A stretch of 64,000 nucleotides of DNA, taken from positions 21 to 64,020 of the forward strand of contig JARYMI010000017.1 of assembly GCA_029907205.1 (NCBI GenBank), given 5' to 3'. This document shows, in pieces, positions 18,152 through 28,187 of this stretch (the first letter of the stretch is position 1; each line of letters opens with the position of its first letter). The translations under genes and the position numbers were made by a program. Under the pieces are notes generated by a model that saw nothing but the letters and a program-made list of their open reading frames with translations, had not been told where the DNA came from and made no database searches. This DNA is from Clostridiales bacterium (GTDB lineage: Bacteria; Acidobacteriota; Aminicenantia; Aminicenantales; UBA8522).

Positions 18152-19981
18152 CTACTCCACCGTGACGCTTTTTGCCAGGTTCCGGGGCTGGTCAACATCG
18201 GCTCCCTTCCTGGCGGCAACATAATAAGCAAAAAGCTGGAGCGGAAGAATCGTCAGGAAGGGACTCAACAGGGAATTGACCGAGGGAACGCGGATAACCT
18301 CGTCCACATGGCGAGCGATTTCTTGATCGTTGTCAAAAGCCACGGCCAGCACGTAGCCAAGCCGCGCCTTGACTTCGGAGATGTTGCTCATCATTTTGTC
18401 ATAGGCTCTGTCCCTGGGGATGACCGCCAGCGTGGGCATTTTTTCATCGATGAGGGCGATCGGGCCGTGTTTCATCTCCCCGCCCGCATAACCTTCGGCG
18501 TGGACATAGGATATCTCCTTGAGCTTGAGGGCTCCTTCCAGGGCGACAGGGAAACTAACCCAACGGCCGAGATAGAGGAAATGCGAAAAGACGAGAAAAC
18601 GTTGAGCCAGGTCCTCGAGCCTTCTGGAATCGGCCAGGAACCGCTCCATCTGATGAGGAACCCGGAGCAGGTCCTGGACAATGGGCAGGCTGGATTCATC
18701 GTCCATCCTCCCTTTTATCTGGGCCAGGAAGAGGGCAAGGAGCGAAAGAGCGGCCAGTTGGGCGGAGAACGTCTTTGTGGCAGCCACCCCGATTTCTGGT
18801 CCGGCATGAGTATAGAGGACGGCGCCGGCTTCCCGCGGAATTGAGGAGTTCACGACGTTGGAAATGGCCAAGGTCAAAGCTCCCGACTTTTTCGTCGCCC
18901 GCAGCGCAGCCAGGCTGTCGGCCGTTTCACCGGATTGGGAGATAACAACAACAAGGATCTTTTTGTCCAGCATCAGATCCTGATAACGGAATTCCGAGGC
19001 ATATTCGACGGCGACCGGAATCAATGCCAATGATTCGATAAAGTACTTGCCCACAAGGCCGGCGTGGTAAGACGTGCCGCAGGCGATGATGACCACCCGC
19101 TGGATTTCTTGGAGCGCCACCGCATCCAGCCCTGTTTCGTCAAGATAGACTTTCCCAGAGCCCTGAGAGATCCGGCCCTGGAGGGTGTCGCGGACAACCT
19201 GAGGTTGCTCGAAAATCTCCTTGAGCATGAAATGCTTGAACCCCTTTTTTTCTATCATCAAGGGAGTCCATGAAAGCTGGTCTTCTGTTTTACCGATCGG
19301 CCGGCCGTCAAAATCAACGTACCGAACGCCTCCCCTTTCCAAAATGGCAATTTCCCTGTCTTCGAGGAAGACGACTCTTGACGTGTGGCTAAGGATAGGG
19401 TTAATGTCTGAGGAAATGAAAAACTCATCCTTGCCCAAGCCGACGACGGCCGGAGGGCCGGATTTGGCGACGACAACCTTATCCGGGTCGCCAGCCGAGA
19501 TAATGGCCACAGCATAAGCACCCTGGAGCTCCGGCAACGCCTTCCGTACTGCCTCCTCCAGGGATCCCTCGAAACGCCTTTCGACCAGGTGAGCAATGAC
19601 TTCGGTGTCGGTCTCAGTCACAAACGTATGGCCTTCTGCTTGGAGCTTCTCCCTGAGAGGCAGGTAGTTCTCGATGATGCCGTTATGGACGACGACAAGA
19701 GTACCTGAGCAATCCCGGTGGGGATGGGCGTTTTCCTCGCTCGGCCGGCCGTGAGTGGCCCAGCGGGTGTGCCCGAGGCCGCAGCTTCCCTCAAGGACAG
19801 AATCTTTCAGGCAATCCTCAAGGTCGCGAATCTTCCCCTTTACCCGCTTGACCTGGATCTGGCCTTCCTTGATAACCGCGATTCCCGCCGAATCATACCC
19901 CCTGTATTCAAGTTTCTTCAGCCCCTCGACGAGAACAGGGACAGCGTTCTGAGGACCTACATAGCCGATTATCCCGCACAC
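18152..19981 (-). CDS. glmS: Glutamine--fructose-6-phosphate transaminase (isomerizing)
   Basis: MCGIIG, LEYRGYDSAG, GHTRWATHG, SQSGETAD, C-terminal PRNLAKSVTVE. Confidence 0.97.
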   Translation of the reverse strand: MCGIIGYVGPQNAVPVLVEGLKKLEYRGYDSAGIAVIKEGQIQVKRVKGKIRDLEDCLKDSVLEGSCGLGHTRWATHGRPSEENAHPHRDCSGTLVVVHNGIIENYLPLREKLQAEGHTFVTETDTEVIAHLVERRFEGSLEEAVRKALPELQGAYAVAIISAGDPDKVVVAKSGPPAVVGLGKDEFFISSDINPILSHTSRVVFLEDREIAILERGGVRYVDFDGRPIGKTEDQLSWTPLMIEKKGFKHFMLKEIFEQPQVVRDTLQGRISQGSGKVYLDETGLDAVALQEIQRVVIIACGTSYHAGLVGKYFIESLALIPVAVEYASEFRYQDLMLDKKILVVVISQSGETADSLAALRATKKSGALTLAISNVVNSSIPREAGAVLYTHAGPEIGVAATKTFSAQLAALSLLALFLAQIKGRMDDESSLPIVQDLLRVPHQMERFLADSRRLEDLAQRFLVFSHFLYLGRWVSFPVALEGALKLKEISYVHAEGYAGGEMKHGPIALIDEKMPTLAVIPRDRAYDKMMSNISEVKARLGYVLAVAFDNDQEIARHVDEVIRVPSVNSLLSPFLTILPLQLFAYYVAARKGADVDQPRNLAKSVTVE

Positions 19982-21297
19982 GGCTTCTTCATCCTTCTTA
20001 TGGCCCAGCCGGGCTTCTCGACCTGCCGGCTTCGCGCAACAGCCAGCGCGCCGTCCGAGACGTTCTTCGTGATCGTCGACCCAGCGCCCACATAGGCATT
20101 CCGTCCGACTTTGACCGGCGCCACAAGCTCGGTGCCCGAGCCTATAAATGCCCCGCTTTCTATCACAGTCTGATGCTTCCTTAAGCCATCATAGTTGCAG
20201 GTAATGGTGCCGGCGCCGATATTGACTTTGTCCCCGACAACGCAATCCCCAAGGTAAGAGAGATGGCCGGCCTTGGATCCCGGGCCAAACACGGTGTTTT
20301 TCAGCTCGACAAAATTGCCGACCTTGGCTTTGGCCCGCAAAACCGTGTTCGGCCGGAAGTGGGCAAAGGGCCCGACCTGGGCGTCCGCTTCCACCCTGCT
20401 CCCTTCGATCATCGTCGAGCTTAAGATCCTGACCCGGTCTCCAACCTTAGTGTTGATGAGATGGACAAAAGGATAGACACGGCATTCCTTACCCAGCCGG
20501 GAGCGGCCCTCGATGACCACGGAGGGATAGAGAACAGTGTCGCGACCGACCCGAACGTCGAGGTCAACCCAGGTGGAAAGCGGGTCGAGCACGGCCACTC
20601 CTTTTGCCTCGAGCTCGCGGATTTTTCTCTGTCTGAGGACCCGCAAGGCTGCAGCCACAGCAGCCGGAGTCTCGAGAATCAAATCTTCGTCTGGCGGCAG
20701 GGGGTAAGCATTGACTTTTTTGTTGTTTGAACTCAGAGCTTGGATGAGCCTGCTCAGGCGAAGGTCATTTTTCTTGCCTCCCGTGAGAGTATCCCAGACC
20801 TCCAGAAGATCTTTGATCCTCACGACAGAAGCCGGAGCGAGAGTGCTCTTTCTGCCGGATATCGCCCGGCCTGGCCTCTGGGAAATGCGAAGGCCCCCGC
20901 TCAGCACAGTCAGGCCGCTTTTTTCCGCACGATGGTAGCCCAGCATGCCGCTCAGTGTCTTTGGCCTGAGGAGAGGAACCCGGCCATCCATGATCAACAG
21001 GTCCTTTTTCCTGTGCTTGTCCAGGATTCCCCTCATCGAGAGAAGAAAGCTCAGGTTTCCAGGCTGACCCTTCCAGAACAGGAAGCCAAGGCCCGTAAAG
21101 AAATCGACCCTTCCCAGCTCCTTTTTGTCGCGGCAGGTGACGAGATAAACCTCCTTCGGTTTCAGACACGCCACCGCTCCGAAGGCCAGTTCGAGAGAAG
21201 ACTTTCCCAAGAGCGGCTGAAGATAGGGAGCCTTGGCCGGCCTGGATTCTGTGCCTGAGTCGGCCGCCACAACCAGCGCAAGGAGGTCGCCTTTCAT
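19969..21297 (-). CDS. glmU: GlmU homolog: intact acetyltransferase domain, degenerate uridyltransferase domain
   Basis: C-terminal GNFVELK, KAGHLSYLGD, GAGTITCNYDG and hexapeptide repeats; upstream of glmS; ATGA overlap with the upstream gene fixes the start at 21297. Confidence 0.85.
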   Translation of the reverse strand: MKGDLLALVVAADSGTESRPAKAPYLQPLLGKSSLELAFGAVACLKPKEVYLVTCRDKKELGRVDFFTGLGFLFWKGQPGNLSFLLSMRGILDKHRKKDLLIMDGRVPLLRPKTLSGMLGYHRAEKSGLTVLSGGLRISQRPGRAISGRKSTLAPASVVRIKDLLEVWDTLTGGKKNDLRLSRLIQALSSNNKKVNAYPLPPDEDLILETPAAVAAALRVLRQRKIRELEAKGVAVLDPLSTWVDLDVRVGRDTVLYPSVVIEGRSRLGKECRVYPFVHLINTKVGDRVRILSSTMIEGSRVEADAQVGPFAHFRPNTVLRAKAKVGNFVELKNTVFGPGSKAGHLSYLGDCVVGDKVNIGAGTITCNYDGLRKHQTVIESGAFIGSGTELVAPVKVGRNAYVGAGSTITKNVSDGALAVARSRQVEKPGWAIRRMKKPCAG

Positions 21298-21800
21298 GTC
21301 ATTCGGGTGAGAAGCTTGAATTTTTTGTCTTCCCACAGCGGTTCAAAATCCGACTCGTTCTGAGCCATGATTTTGAAAAACTTATCCTTCTGAAACGCTT
21401 TTTTTAAATGCTCGAGAGCGTCTTCGCTTCTTCCTAAACGAATGCAGGCATTGGCCATCAGATAGTGTGTCCGCCCTTCCTCCTCCCCGAGGCTCAGCGC
21501 TTTTTCCAAGAGCTTCATCGCTCCTTCGCTATCGCCGCTGTTGATCTTGTAAACGCTGTAATAAAAATAATCATCAATGGTCTTCAGAGAGATGGATTCC
21601 TTTTTCCCCCTTTCCTGTATGATTCTGACATAAAGATTCGCTCTGTCGACAAGCTCTTTTTCGCCGTCATATTTCTCCACAAAGGCCCGGAATAAATCCT
21701 GCGCCTTTTCTAACCTTCCTTTCTGGAATTCTTTCATGGCATCCGCATAGGCCGCCAAGGCTTTCTCATAATTGTCTTTCTTGCTTTTCTCTTCCTTCAC
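21294..21800 (-). CDS. Tetratricopeptide repeat protein
   Basis: Helical TPR-like repeats (HYLMANACIRLGRSEDALEHLKKAF); GTG start after GGAGA. Confidence 0.8.
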   Translation of the reverse strand: MKEEKSKKDNYEKALAAYADAMKEFQKGRLEKAQDLFRAFVEKYDGEKELVDRANLYVRIIQERGKKESISLKTIDDYFYYSVYKINSGDSEGAMKLLEKALSLGEEEGRTHYLMANACIRLGRSEDALEHLKKAFQKDKFFKIMAQNESDFEPLWEDKKFKLLTRMT

Positions 21801-21878
21801 TTAATATCTCCCGTTTTCGAGGATTATGATTTTCCCATTTTACTCCAGAACGACGGCTCTTGACAAGAAGCGTTCCCT

Positions 21879-22745
21879 TCAGGCATCGAGGAAAGAAGGA
21901 GCTTCGGACTCCTCGAACGCCCAAAAATCAGGGTTGCGAAGAAGGAAGTGAATGGTCTTCAGATGAAGGCTGTGTCCGGCTCGATAAGCCTTGAAATGAC
22001 CCAGAAAGGGATGCCCCCAGAGGGCAAGATCGCCGATCAAATCAAGAATTTTATGCCGGACAAACTCATCGGGAAAACGAAGCGGGCCGTTGATCACCTT
22101 TTCGTCATCCAAAATCACGGCGTTCTCGAGAGTCCCTCCCTTAGCCAGTCCCCTTTTCCAGAGCTCCAGGACATCTTTGAGAAAGCCGAAGGTTCGGGCT
22201 GGAGCGATCTCAGCCAGGAACCCCTGCCTGGTTGCGGCGAAGGAGAACTCCTGGCTGCCGATCGCCGGATGGGGAAACTCGATTGAATAAGTTAACCTGA
22301 AGTCCTGATCAGGGCTAAACGAGAGGCTGGCTTGCCCCTCCCTAAGAGTATGTTCCCTGAGTATTTTGACCACTTTTTTCTGACTAGGCAGCCGGCTTAG
22401 GCCAGGCTCGAGGATCGCGTGCGCCAGAGGAAGGGCGCTTCCGTCCATAACCGGGATCTCGCCGCCGTCAAGGTCAATCTCGATGCTATCAATACCCAGA
22501 ATGTGAAGGACAGCCAGGAGGTGCTCCACGGTTTGAACGGCGCAATCTTCCGAAATCAGGGAGGAAGAGTTCTTCGATTCGACCTTTAAGGGGTCAACTT
22601 CGATTTCACGGCCGCCCAGGTCCAGGCGCCGAAAGACTATCCGGCCGCAAGCAGAAGGTCTCAAAGTCAAGGAGACTCGCTGGCCCGAATGGATGCCGAC
22701 CCCCGAAAGAAAAACCTCCCTCTGAATCGTCCTCTTCTCGACCAT
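21879..22745 (-). CDS. lpxC: UDP-3-O-acyl-N-acetylglucosamine deacetylase
   Basis: GVGIHSG, TVEHLLA, EIPVMDGS, IAPARTFGF, HKILDLIGDL, GH.LH. Confidence 0.95.
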   Translation of the reverse strand: MVEKRTIQREVFLSGVGIHSGQRVSLTLRPSACGRIVFRRLDLGGREIEVDPLKVESKNSSSLISEDCAVQTVEHLLAVLHILGIDSIEIDLDGGEIPVMDGSALPLAHAILEPGLSRLPSQKKVVKILREHTLREGQASLSFSPDQDFRLTYSIEFPHPAIGSQEFSFAATRQGFLAEIAPARTFGFLKDVLELWKRGLAKGGTLENAVILDDEKVINGPLRFPDEFVRHKILDLIGDLALWGHPFLGHFKAYRAGHSLHLKTIHFLLRNPDFWAFEESEAPSFLDA

Positions 22746-22858
22746 CCTCGGAAAGCACCTTTAGTTTCTTAAGTATACTTTAAATTGCCATCAGGTTAAA
22801 GCACCCGCCGTTTGGGGAAACATCTTGCAAGCTTTTCCAAACGTGTGATCTTCGCGAT

Positions 22859-22980
22859 GGGCGCAGGGGGCTGCTCTGAAGCCCCCGTAGCGGAGGGGGG
22901 ACCTGTCGGGTTTCCCGACGGGGGGAACCGAGGGGACTGGTTCCTCGGGGTGCGGGGGCCAAGGGCAGCCTACTGCGCCC
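22859..22980 (+). other. 122-nt long-stem structured element (candidate ncRNA or REP/MITE-like)
   Basis: Nested helices GGGCGCAG/CTGCGCCC, GGCTGCTCT/AGGGCAGCC, GCCCCCGTA/TGCGGGGGC and apical GTCGGG-TTT-CCCGAC; imperfections are mostly G-U pairs on the + strand. Confidence 0.55.
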
Positions 22981-23034
22981 TGCAGAATCATGCCGGCCTG
23001 GCAAGAATCGGTCTCTTGTGCTAAAATAATTATT

Positions 23035-23778
23035 GTGAAAACCGGCGTGGAGGAGATCCTCGCGAGAGTCTATAAGAAAGAAATTTCGCCTGAAGAGGCT
23101 TTCCAAAGGCTTAAAGAGTTATCCTACCAGGACTTAGGCTTCGCCAAGGTCGACCACCACAGGGCGGTGAGGAAAGGCTTCCCCGAGATGATCTATGGCC
23201 CGGGGAAAAGCGAAGACCAGATTATCAGGATCGCCCAGGAAATCAAGAAAAGAGGGAACAACCTGCTGATCACGCGGCTGGAGGCTCCGGTCTACGCCAA
23301 GCTGAAGAAAAAAATCCCGGGATGCCTCTACAGCCGAGATGGAAAAATCGCCTATCTCAAACAGAAAAAAACCATTCCTGGAAAAGGAAAAATTGGGATC
23401 ATCACGGCCGGGACATCCGACATTCCTGTGGCCGAGGAAGCAGCCATCACCTGCGAGATTCTGGGCAACGATGTGGAAAGAATCTACGACGTTGGCGTGG
23501 CCGGAATCCACCGCCTTTTCGGAGAAATGGAAAAGATCAAGACGGCCAGGCTGATCATTGTCGTGGCCGGAATGGAGGGAGCTTTGCCGAGCGTCGTCGC
23601 TGGACTGGTCAGAGTGCCGGTCATCGCGGTCCCGACAAGCGTTGGCTACGGAGCCAATTTCCAGGGACTTTCTGCTCTTCTGGCCATGCTCAACTCCTGC
23701 CCCGGCGGAGTGGCTGTGGTCAACATCGACAACGGGTTCGGCGCCGCCTGCATGGCCAGTCTGATCAACCATTTGTAA
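23035..23778 (+). CDS. larB: Nickel-pincer cofactor biosynthesis protein LarB (AIR carboxylase-like)
   Basis: DLGFAKVDHHR..RKGFPE, AGTSDIPVAEEA, DVGVAG.HRL, AGMEGALPSV, PTSVGYGA, VVNIDNGFGAA; GTG start 7 nt after TGcTAAAAT. Confidence 0.92.
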   Translation: MKTGVEEILARVYKKEISPEEAFQRLKELSYQDLGFAKVDHHRAVRKGFPEMIYGPGKSEDQIIRIAQEIKKRGNNLLITRLEAPVYAKLKKKIPGCLYSRDGKIAYLKQKKTIPGKGKIGIITAGTSDIPVAEEAAITCEILGNDVERIYDVGVAGIHRLFGEMEKIKTARLIIVVAGMEGALPSVVAGLVRVPVIAVPTSVGYGANFQGLSALLAMLNSCPGGVAVVNIDNGFGAACMASLINHL

Positions 23779-23810
23779 GAAAAATGAGGGAGAAAAAGAG
23801 GACCGTTGAC

Positions 23811-23839
23811 TTGACAACAACAGGATCGCTCCCTATATT
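23811..23839 (+). promoter_or_regulatory. Sigma-70 promoter of dnaG-rpoD
   Basis: TTGACA-17-TATATT. Confidence 0.7.
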
Positions 23840-23874
23840 TACGTAGACTTTTTCGGCCCTGGTTTGCGCTGCGA

Positions 23875-25617
23875 ATGGAGACCATCGATCAAATTCGGCA
23901 GGTTGCCAATATCGTAGAGATTGCTTCCCTCTACACAACCCTGAGAAAACGCGGGAAAAAGCACATCGGACTCTGTCCGTTCCATTCGGAAAAAGACCCC
24001 TCTTTCACCGTTGACGGCGAAAAGCAGCTTTTTCACTGCTTCGGCTGCGGAGCTGGCGGAGATGTCTTCACGCTGGTTATGGAGAAGGAAAACCTGAGCT
24101 TCCCTGAAGCTGTAAAGTATCTGGCTGAGAAGTTCCACATCCCCCTCCCCCGCCAGACAAGGCTCTCTCCTGAAGCCCTCAAGCTTGAGGAAAGAATCTT
24201 CAAGATCAACGAAGCCGCTCTCGGCTTTTTCCGGAAAAGCCTTTATCAGAGCAAGGAGGGAGAGGCTGCTTTAGATTATTTAAAAAAAAGAGGCTTCACT
24301 CTGCAAACCTTGGAAACGCTTAAAGTCGGCTATGCCCCGAACTCATGGAACGCGCTCCGCTCCCATTTTGAAGGAAAGGAAGCCGACGCTTTACTCCTCC
24401 AGAAGGCTGGCCTCATCCTGCCCGGGCAAAAAAAGGATGAGTTTTACGATCGTTTCAGAGGCCGGATCATCTTCCCCATTTTCAGCCTCACTGGAAAGGT
24501 GATAGGGTTTGGCGGCAGGTCTCTCTTCAACGCCGAACCAAAGTACCTCAATTCTCCAGAAACCCCCGTTTATTCTAAGGGCAAGGTCCTCTACGGGTTG
24601 AACTGGACAAAGGAATTTATCCGCCAAACAGGCGAGCTCATCCTTGTCGAGGGCTACACGGACTTTGCCTCCCTTTTCCAGGCCGGTATCCACAACCTCG
24701 CTGCTTCGCTCGGAACGAGCCTAACCGAGCATCAGGTGGCCCTGGCAGGACGTTTTGCTCCTCGACTGATTATCAATTATGACGGGGATTCGGCCGGATT
24801 GAACGCCGCCTTCCGCGCCCTGCCGACCTGCTTTGAGAAGGGCTTGCAGGTTAACGTTCTTGTCCTGCCCCAGAACTTGGACCCGGATGGGTTTATCCGT
24901 CAAAACGGCCGGGAGACTTATCTCGACCTTTCAAAAAGAGCTGTCTCTGGTCTCAAGTTCCTGGTCGACACCGTTGTTCAGTCAGGGCGGATGGATGTCC
25001 CCGAGGAAAAAGTCAGGATCGTCAGAGATGTCGTGGGCGTCTTAGAAAAGATTCCCGACTCCCTTGTCCGGAGTGAATACCTCAGGCTGGCGAGCGGACT
25101 TCTCTCCGTCGAAGAGTCATTGCTCCGCCAGATCATCGAGAAAAGGGCTGGCGAGCCGGACAACGAAGAAAACGAGTTTTTTCTGCCGGCCGAAAAAAGA
25201 CTGCTCCAGATTCTGCTCGAGGACAGCAAGCTCGCGGCTCTCTTGGGGACGAAAATGAAGCCCGAAGACTATAAAGGCTTGAAGAGTGAACCCGCCTTTG
25301 CCTTTATCCTCCAGAGCTCCAGAATAGGGAAAGCGGTTGTCTTTCCCGAGCTCTCCCAGGCCGTCGGTCCCCAGCTGATCAAACGCCTGTCCCAGATCAG
25401 CCTTGAACAGATAGGACGGGCCACAGAAGAAGAAGCACTCGACTGCCTTTGCAGCCTGCGTAAAACTGCGCTCGAGAATCAGCTCCGGGCCCTCCAGAAG
25501 GAAATCGTCCGCTGCGAACGGAACGGCGAAAAGGAGCGGCTTTCCCGCCTGCTCAGCCAGAAGCAGAGCCTGACCAAACAGATCCTTGCCCTTGAGGAAG
25601 GAACACAATGGCCTTAA
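23875..25617 (+). CDS. dnaG: DNA primase
   Basis: CPFH.EK.PSF..HCFGCG zinc finger, DRFRGR, PKYLNSPET, VEGY.D, YDGD.AG, DPD. Confidence 0.97.
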   Translation: METIDQIRQVANIVEIASLYTTLRKRGKKHIGLCPFHSEKDPSFTVDGEKQLFHCFGCGAGGDVFTLVMEKENLSFPEAVKYLAEKFHIPLPRQTRLSPEALKLEERIFKINEAALGFFRKSLYQSKEGEAALDYLKKRGFTLQTLETLKVGYAPNSWNALRSHFEGKEADALLLQKAGLILPGQKKDEFYDRFRGRIIFPIFSLTGKVIGFGGRSLFNAEPKYLNSPETPVYSKGKVLYGLNWTKEFIRQTGELILVEGYTDFASLFQAGIHNLAASLGTSLTEHQVALAGRFAPRLIINYDGDSAGLNAAFRALPTCFEKGLQVNVLVLPQNLDPDGFIRQNGRETYLDLSKRAVSGLKFLVDTVVQSGRMDVPEEKVRIVRDVVGVLEKIPDSLVRSEYLRLASGLLSVEESLLRQIIEKRAGEPDNEENEFFLPAEKRLLQILLEDSKLAALLGTKMKPEDYKGLKSEPAFAFILQSSRIGKAVVFPELSQAVGPQLIKRLSQISLEQIGRATEEEALDCLCSLRKTALENQLRALQKEIVRCERNGEKERLSRLLSQKQSLTKQILALEEGTQWP

Positions 25618-25658
25618 GCCGAGTTTTCTCTAAAGAAAAAAAATAGCTTCAAGAAGAG

Positions 25659-27290
<1,632 letters not shown>

Positions 27291-27335
27291 CCGCCCGGAG
27301 CGCTGACGGCCCCAAACCAGAGCCTTCTGCTTCAA

Positions 27336-27364
27336 TTGACTTGGTATTCGATATTTGCTATAAA
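27336..27364 (+). promoter_or_regulatory. Sigma-70 promoter of the tRNA gene
   Basis: TTGACT-17-TATAAA with TG extension, 7 nt before the tRNA. Confidence 0.6.
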
Positions 27365-27371
27365 AAACCAA

Positions 27372-27443
27372 GGGCCTATAGCTCAGCGGTAGAGCCACCG
27401 GCTCATAACCGGCAGGTCCCAGGTTCGAATCCTGGTAGGCCCA
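27372..27443 (+). tRNA. tRNA with CAT anticodon, most likely tRNA-Ile2 (lysidine type); CCA not encoded
   Basis: Acceptor GGGCCTA/TAGGCCC, D-arm GCTC/GAGC, anticodon arm CCGG-CTCATAA-CCGG, T-arm CCAGG-TTCGAAT-CCTGG; C4-G69 and C5-G68 pairs; lacks initiator features. Confidence 0.92.
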
Positions 27444-27464
27444 TACCGAGACCGAGGACACGAT

Positions 27465-28187
27465 GTGGAAATCGAGTTCGAGAAGCTAATCTTTCTCCAA
27501 CAGATTGACTCAGAAATCCGGCAGGTCAACCTTTTTCTCGAAAACACCCCCCCTTTGATCGAGCAAATCGACAAAAAAATAGAAAAAAGCTCCCAGCTGG
27601 CGGCCGCGGCCAAGGAGAAACTCGTCGAAAACCAGAAAAAAAGACGGGAGCTCGAGGCTGAAGTCAAAGTTGTCAAAGCTCAGGTGGCCAAATACAAGAG
27701 GCAGCTGAACGACGTCAAAACGAACAAGGAGTACGCGGCCATGCTCAAAGAAATCAAGGAGTCCGAGAAAAAGATCGACGGGCTGGAAGAAGTCATCATC
27801 GCCGAGATGCTCAGGGCTGACGAGATCGAGGCCGAAATCAAGGAGTCCAACCGGAGGTTTGCTGAAGCAAAGGAAAAGCTCTTTCAGGAAAAAGAGACGA
27901 TTTTCCAGAAAAAGAATGAGCTCGAGGAGAAAGCCAAGCAGTTAGGTCAAGACAGGCAGAAGCTCCTGCCACAGATCCCGGCCGAGCAGGTCACCCTTTA
28001 TCTCAGGATATCGAGCAAAAAGAGCGGCATCGCTCTTTCTCCTGTGAAGGATGACTTCTGCGCCATGTGTCATATGCGCATCCGTCCTCAAGTCCTCAAC
28101 GAGCTCAGGGACACGCGCAAGCTTATTCTCTGCGAAAACTGCGGCCGGATTCTTTACTGGCCGGACAAGCAGCCCAAATCCAATTAA
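27465..28187 (+). CDS. Coiled-coil protein with C4-type zinc ribbon (DUF164/CT398/HP0958-like)
   Basis: L..LQ.ID start, KTNKEY, C-terminal CAMC...CENCGRILY. Confidence 0.88.
   Translation: MEIEFEKLIFLQQIDSEIRQVNLFLENTPPLIEQIDKKIEKSSQLAAAAKEKLVENQKKRRELEAEVKVVKAQVAKYKRQLNDVKTNKEYAAMLKEIKESEKKIDGLEEVIIAEMLRADEIEAEIKESNRRFAEAKEKLFQEKETIFQKKNELEEKAKQLGQDRQKLLPQIPAEQVTLYLRISSKKSGIALSPVKDDFCAMCHMRIRPQVLNELRDTRKLILCENCGRILYWPDKQPKSN

Noticed and set aside
22780-23106. Short ORFs across the lpxC-larB spacer; SRP RNA considered for the hairpin
   Set aside because: The ORFs are by-products of the palindrome. The SRP domain IV motif (CAGG..GGAA..AGCA) is absent on both strands.
27372-27443. tRNA as initiator or elongator Met, or as an integration site
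   Set aside because: It lacks the C1:A72 mismatch and the three G-C anticodon-stem pairs of initiators, and the acceptor stem fits Ile2 better. No integrase or duplicated 3' end was seen. The missing CCA is common.
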